Notes under the pieces: generated by a model
Told to the model about the DNA's origin: nothing
Databases searched by the model: none
What the model saw: only the letters and a program-made list of their open reading frames with translations
Made by a program: the position numbers and the translations under genes
From: Thermoplasmata archaeon
GTDB lineage: Archaea; Thermoplasmatota; Thermoplasmata; RBG-16-68-12
NCBI GenBank assembly: GCA_041483635.1
Contig: JBGPGA010000003.1
Coordinates: 1 to 50,038 of the forward strand
Direction of reading: 5' to 3'
DNA: 50,038 nucleotides
Shown here: one piece after another, positions 46,996 to 50,038 of the stretch
Numbering within the stretch: position 1 is the first letter of the stretch
How the letters are laid out: each line of letters begins with the position of its first letter

Positions 46996-47613
46996 ATGCC
47001 CCGGAGGGAGCGTCGCGATTCGGGCTCGGTCGAGGCCCTGCAGAGGGAGCTCGCCGCGGTCCGCCGCCAGCTGCAACGCCTTGAGCGGGCGGTCCTCGAC
47101 CAGGACACGCGGCTGCGGACGCTCGCACGAGCTTCCGAGGCTGGGTCCCGGCGCCAAACCGTCGTGTACGAGGCCCTCCAGCTCGGCGAGAAGGCGAAGA
47201 AGGGCGAGCGCGGTGTGATCCGGGAACTCCAGGATTCCGTGGAGCGGCTCGAGGATTACCTCCTGAAAACCGCGGACCGGATTGAGACGATCCTGTCCGC
47301 GTTGAAGCAGCATCGGGAGCTCCTCGTCGGCGTGAACAAGCGGGTCCTCGACCTCGGCACGAAGGACCGGATCCGCCTTGAGCTCGACGTGATGAAGAAC
47401 ACCCTCTCCATCCTCTCCCTGAACGGCGTGGAGTTCGACGCGGGCTTGGTCAAAGACATCGACTCGTTGCGCGCCCGCGTACGGCAGTCGGAGGACCTCG
47501 CCCAGCTCGAGCAGGCGAAGATCGAGCTCGATAAGAAGTTCGACGGCGAGCTGAAGAAGTTCGACCTCGACGCGATCTGGTCCAGGAAGAAGGAGATCGC
47601 GGGGTATCGCTAG
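46996..47613 (+). CDS. Coiled-coil hypothetical protein
   Basis: Heptad-rich helical sequence with typical codon usage. Confidence 0.75.
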   Translation: MPRRERRDSGSVEALQRELAAVRRQLQRLERAVLDQDTRLRTLARASEAGSRRQTVVYEALQLGEKAKKGERGVIRELQDSVERLEDYLLKTADRIETILSALKQHRELLVGVNKRVLDLGTKDRIRLELDVMKNTLSILSLNGVEFDAGLVKDIDSLRARVRQSEDLAQLEQAKIELDKKFDGELKKFDLDAIWSRKKEIAGYR

Positions 47614-48473
47614 AGCCAGGACCGGGCCTCGGCGATCGACATGATCGCCTCACGGACGAGGCGCGCCGCGAGGAGGGACGTCTGGCCGAAATCCCAAGCC
47701 GGGCTCACCTCGTTCAGGTCCATTCCGACGAGGTGCGGAGCCAGGATGGAGAGGACGCGCTTGACCTGGAGCGGGGCGAGGCCGAACGGCTCCGGGTTGC
47801 CGACGCCCGGCGCGTACGCCGGATCGACGCCGTCCATGTCGATCGTCAGGTAGACCTTGTCGCGGTCCACCGTCTTGAGCGCGCGCTCCACGGCACGGGC
47901 GATGCCCTCCTCATGGATGTCGTAGACGCTCACGAAGGTGAGGCCAAGGCGCGCGAGGTCCTCCCGCTCCTCCTCGCTGAACGAGCGGACGCCCATGTAC
48001 ACCACGTGTTCGACGCCGACGTGGTCGGCGCACCGCCGTGCCGAGCAGCCGTGGGACCATTTGTCGTCCAGGTAGGAGTTGCGGAAGTCGAGGTGCGCGT
48101 CGATGCCGAGGACCGCGACGTCCTTCGGGAACGCTCTCACGACCGCGGGGGCAAGGCTGTGCTCGCCTCCCAAGACGATCGGAACGCGGCCGTGCTTGAT
48201 CACGTCCGCCGCCATCTTGGTCACCCCCTCGACCATCTCCGTGGACGGGCCGAACGACGCGGTGTCGCCCACATCCGCGATCGGGATCTCGGAGAGGCTG
48301 TGGCCGTGGTCCATCATGTACGTCTCGAAGTTGTACGAGGCCTGCCGGATCGCCCGGGGTGCGTACCGGCTGCCCCCGCGGAAGGAGCACGTCCGGTCGT
48401 ACGGCACGCCGAACAGGGCGATCTTCGCGTCCTCCAGCTTCGCGTGCGCGTCGGCGAAGCGCGTCGCGGCCAT
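47610..48473 (-). CDS. speB: Agmatinase
   Basis: GGEHS, DAHLD, SHG and DMDGVDPAYAPGVGNPEPFG; follows eIF5A. Confidence 0.92.
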   Translation of the reverse strand: MAATRFADAHAKLEDAKIALFGVPYDRTCSFRGGSRYAPRAIRQASYNFETYMMDHGHSLSEIPIADVGDTASFGPSTEMVEGVTKMAADVIKHGRVPIVLGGEHSLAPAVVRAFPKDVAVLGIDAHLDFRNSYLDDKWSHGCSARRCADHVGVEHVVYMGVRSFSEEEREDLARLGLTFVSVYDIHEEGIARAVERALKTVDRDKVYLTIDMDGVDPAYAPGVGNPEPFGLAPLQVKRVLSILAPHLVGMDLNEVSPAWDFGQTSLLAARLVREAIMSIAEARSWL

Positions 48474-48518
48474 GCGGTTCGAGAACTCCCTGCGATTATA
48501 AGAGGCCGGCGGGGGCGC

Positions 48519-48905
48519 TCACTGCGTCGAGAGCTTGCGGCGCCCGAGGGTCTCGATGTACATCTGTTCCTGGCCCGCCTGGAGGGACCCCCGGAGCTCC
48601 TCCGGGACCTCGATCTCGAAGGTCTCGTAGTTCTCCAGGTCCATCATCTGAGCCCGGTTCTCGTGGATGGAGAGGACCTGCCCCTTCCGCTTGTCTATCA
48701 TCGGGACGCGGACCTTGTGGGTCACCGGGTGGACGACCGACCGCTTCTGGCCGTCGAAGATGCCGACCGCCTCGAGCCTCGCCTTGGCCTCGCCGTGTTT
48801 CCCGGGTTTCGACATCTGGATGCTGATAATCTTGCACGGTTCGTCGTCGATGACGACGTACCGGTTCACCTTCAGCTCCCGCATTTCGGCCTGTTCCCAC
48901 GACAT
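48519..48905 (-). CDS. eif5a: Translation factor aIF5A
   Basis: Hypusine loop SKPGKHG.AK and AQMMDLENYETF. Confidence 0.96.
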   Translation of the reverse strand: MSWEQAEMRELKVNRYVVIDDEPCKIISIQMSKPGKHGEAKARLEAVGIFDGQKRSVVHPVTHKVRVPMIDKRKGQVLSIHENRAQMMDLENYETFEIEVPEELRGSLQAGQEQMYIETLGRRKLSTQ

Positions 48906-48951
48906 GACGATTCCGCCTCGGCCGATACGGACGGTCCATTAAAGCCTTTCC

Positions 48952-50013
48952 TCACTGCCGACGCCGGGCCCGTGCGTGGGTGATGGCTCTCGTCGGTCGG
49001 CGGACCGGCTTCTTCTCCTTGCGCCTCCGGATCTCCGCGACCGCGTGGTCCAGGCTCGCCTGGAGCTCGGGTGCGATCCGACGGTGGGTGTACGCGTCCG
49101 CTCGAGCCGCCATCGCGATCCGCCCCGCGAACACCCGGGCGAGAGCGCCTCGCTGCCACGGCGGCGCGCGGTGGATCAGGGGGTGCTGGAACAGGACGCC
49201 GTGCTTGGGCGGGCGCGAGCCCGTCTTCAGGTGGCGGAAGAGGGCCCTCTCCGCCCCGAGGAGTTGGATGGTCCCCGCCGGGTAGCGGGCGAGACCCTCG
49301 ACGCTCCCGGCCTGGGTCACGAGCCGGGCCGCGATCATGGGACCCGCGAGCTCGGATACGTTCGGTGCGAGCGCCCGCGCGGTCCGCTCGACGTAGCCCT
49401 CGAGGTCCCGACGCTGGAGTGCGAGGCTCTGTGCGAGTTGCGCCATGCCTCGGATCTCGCGTTCCTCTGCCTCGCCGAGTTCCGCGCCGATGCTCTCCCG
49501 CGAGTCCAGGGGCATGTTCTCTCGGCGGCCGTGCTTCGCGAGGAGCTCGAGGTACTGCGCCTCATCCACCATCCTAGCGAGCTCCGGGAAGTGGAGCCCG
49601 TACCATTCCCGGATTCGCTCGACGAGGCTGTTCTCCTGTTCCTGAAGGTCGTCGACCGCGCCGACGGCCTGCCGCAGATGGTCTTCCGCGCGGATCGCCT
49701 TCCGCATACGCCGCTTCGCCAGCTCGACCATCGCGGCGTGGAGGAGGGTGCGGTCGAACCCGTACCGCGCGGGATCCAGGAACGGCGGCTTCTCCGTGGA
49801 GAAGCGGCCGCCGGCTCGCTCGAGTCGCGGCTCCGTGACGAAGACCTCGTCCACGAGGCCCATCAGCTCCCGTTCCTCGTCGAGGACCTTCCAGTCTTCG
49901 ACCTTGGCGAGCCGCTCGGCGAGCGCCTTCGGATCCTTCGCGAACAACCGTTCGTGGACCACCGCTCCCTCGTCGAGGGGGAACGTCCCAAACCAGGTGG
50001 TCTGGAGGAGCAT
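48952..50013 (-). CDS. nop5: C/D box sRNP protein Nop5
   Basis: ERIREWYGLHFPEL, PAGTIQLLGAERALF.HL, PPKHGVLFQHP and RGALAR. Confidence 0.93.
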   Translation of the reverse strand: MLLQTTWFGTFPLDEGAVVHERLFAKDPKALAERLAKVEDWKVLDEERELMGLVDEVFVTEPRLERAGGRFSTEKPPFLDPARYGFDRTLLHAAMVELAKRRMRKAIRAEDHLRQAVGAVDDLQEQENSLVERIREWYGLHFPELARMVDEAQYLELLAKHGRRENMPLDSRESIGAELGEAEEREIRGMAQLAQSLALQRRDLEGYVERTARALAPNVSELAGPMIAARLVTQAGSVEGLARYPAGTIQLLGAERALFRHLKTGSRPPKHGVLFQHPLIHRAPPWQRGALARVFAGRIAMAARADAYTHRRIAPELQASLDHAVAEIRRRKEKKPVRRPTRAITHARARRRQ

Positions 50014-50038
50014 CAGCCCGCGATGCGACGCTACGATA

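Noticed and set aside
47610-48905. eIF5A-agmatinase adjacency as a novelty
   Set aside because: A well-known conserved archaeal gene pair linked to polyamine supply for hypusination
1-50038. Genome-wide TAG reassignment (pyrrolysine code) to explain the ABCE1 stop
   Set aside because: TAG terminates many genes at their expected ends (radB, mcm, subtilase, KaiC-like, mvhA, speB), and no pyl genes are in the window
1-50038. CRISPR array, IS elements or rRNA
   Set aside because: No regularly spaced repeats, transposase motifs or rRNA-like sequence were seen

Overview
High-GC archaeal chromosomal segment; gene content and protein style suggest an uncultured Thermoplasmatota (inference). Most of the window is housekeeping: fni and a polyprenyl synthase, radB, NMD3, intein-containing MCM, SRP RNA, NAC, ABCE1, dihydroorotase-like amidohydrolase, rtcB, speB, eIF5A and nop5. 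It also carries a ~1760-aa secreted subtilase and a KaiC/CBS/V4R/Roadblock signalling set. Directly after tRNA-Val(UAC) is a ~14 kb energy-metabolism block: hypC, two stand-alone Lrp/AsnC ligand domains, an HdrD-like protein, etfBA, a membrane FadF/HdrF-like protein, hdrA, mvhDGA, a maturation protease, hypA, an EamA transporter and a degenerate protease paralog. This block puts a group 3c [NiFe]-hydrogenase/HdrA module beside ETF and a membrane oxidoreductase, without canonical hdrBC. Features missed by the ORF track are an in-frame TAG within the Fe-S domain of ABCE1, a 47-aa stand-alone Zn-ribbon gene upstream of mcm, a 51-aa membrane microprotein, a probable ACG start for the subtilase, ORB-like motifs and a candidate ~160-nt hairpin ncRNA divergent from rtcB. 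No CRISPR array, transposase or integrase was seen.
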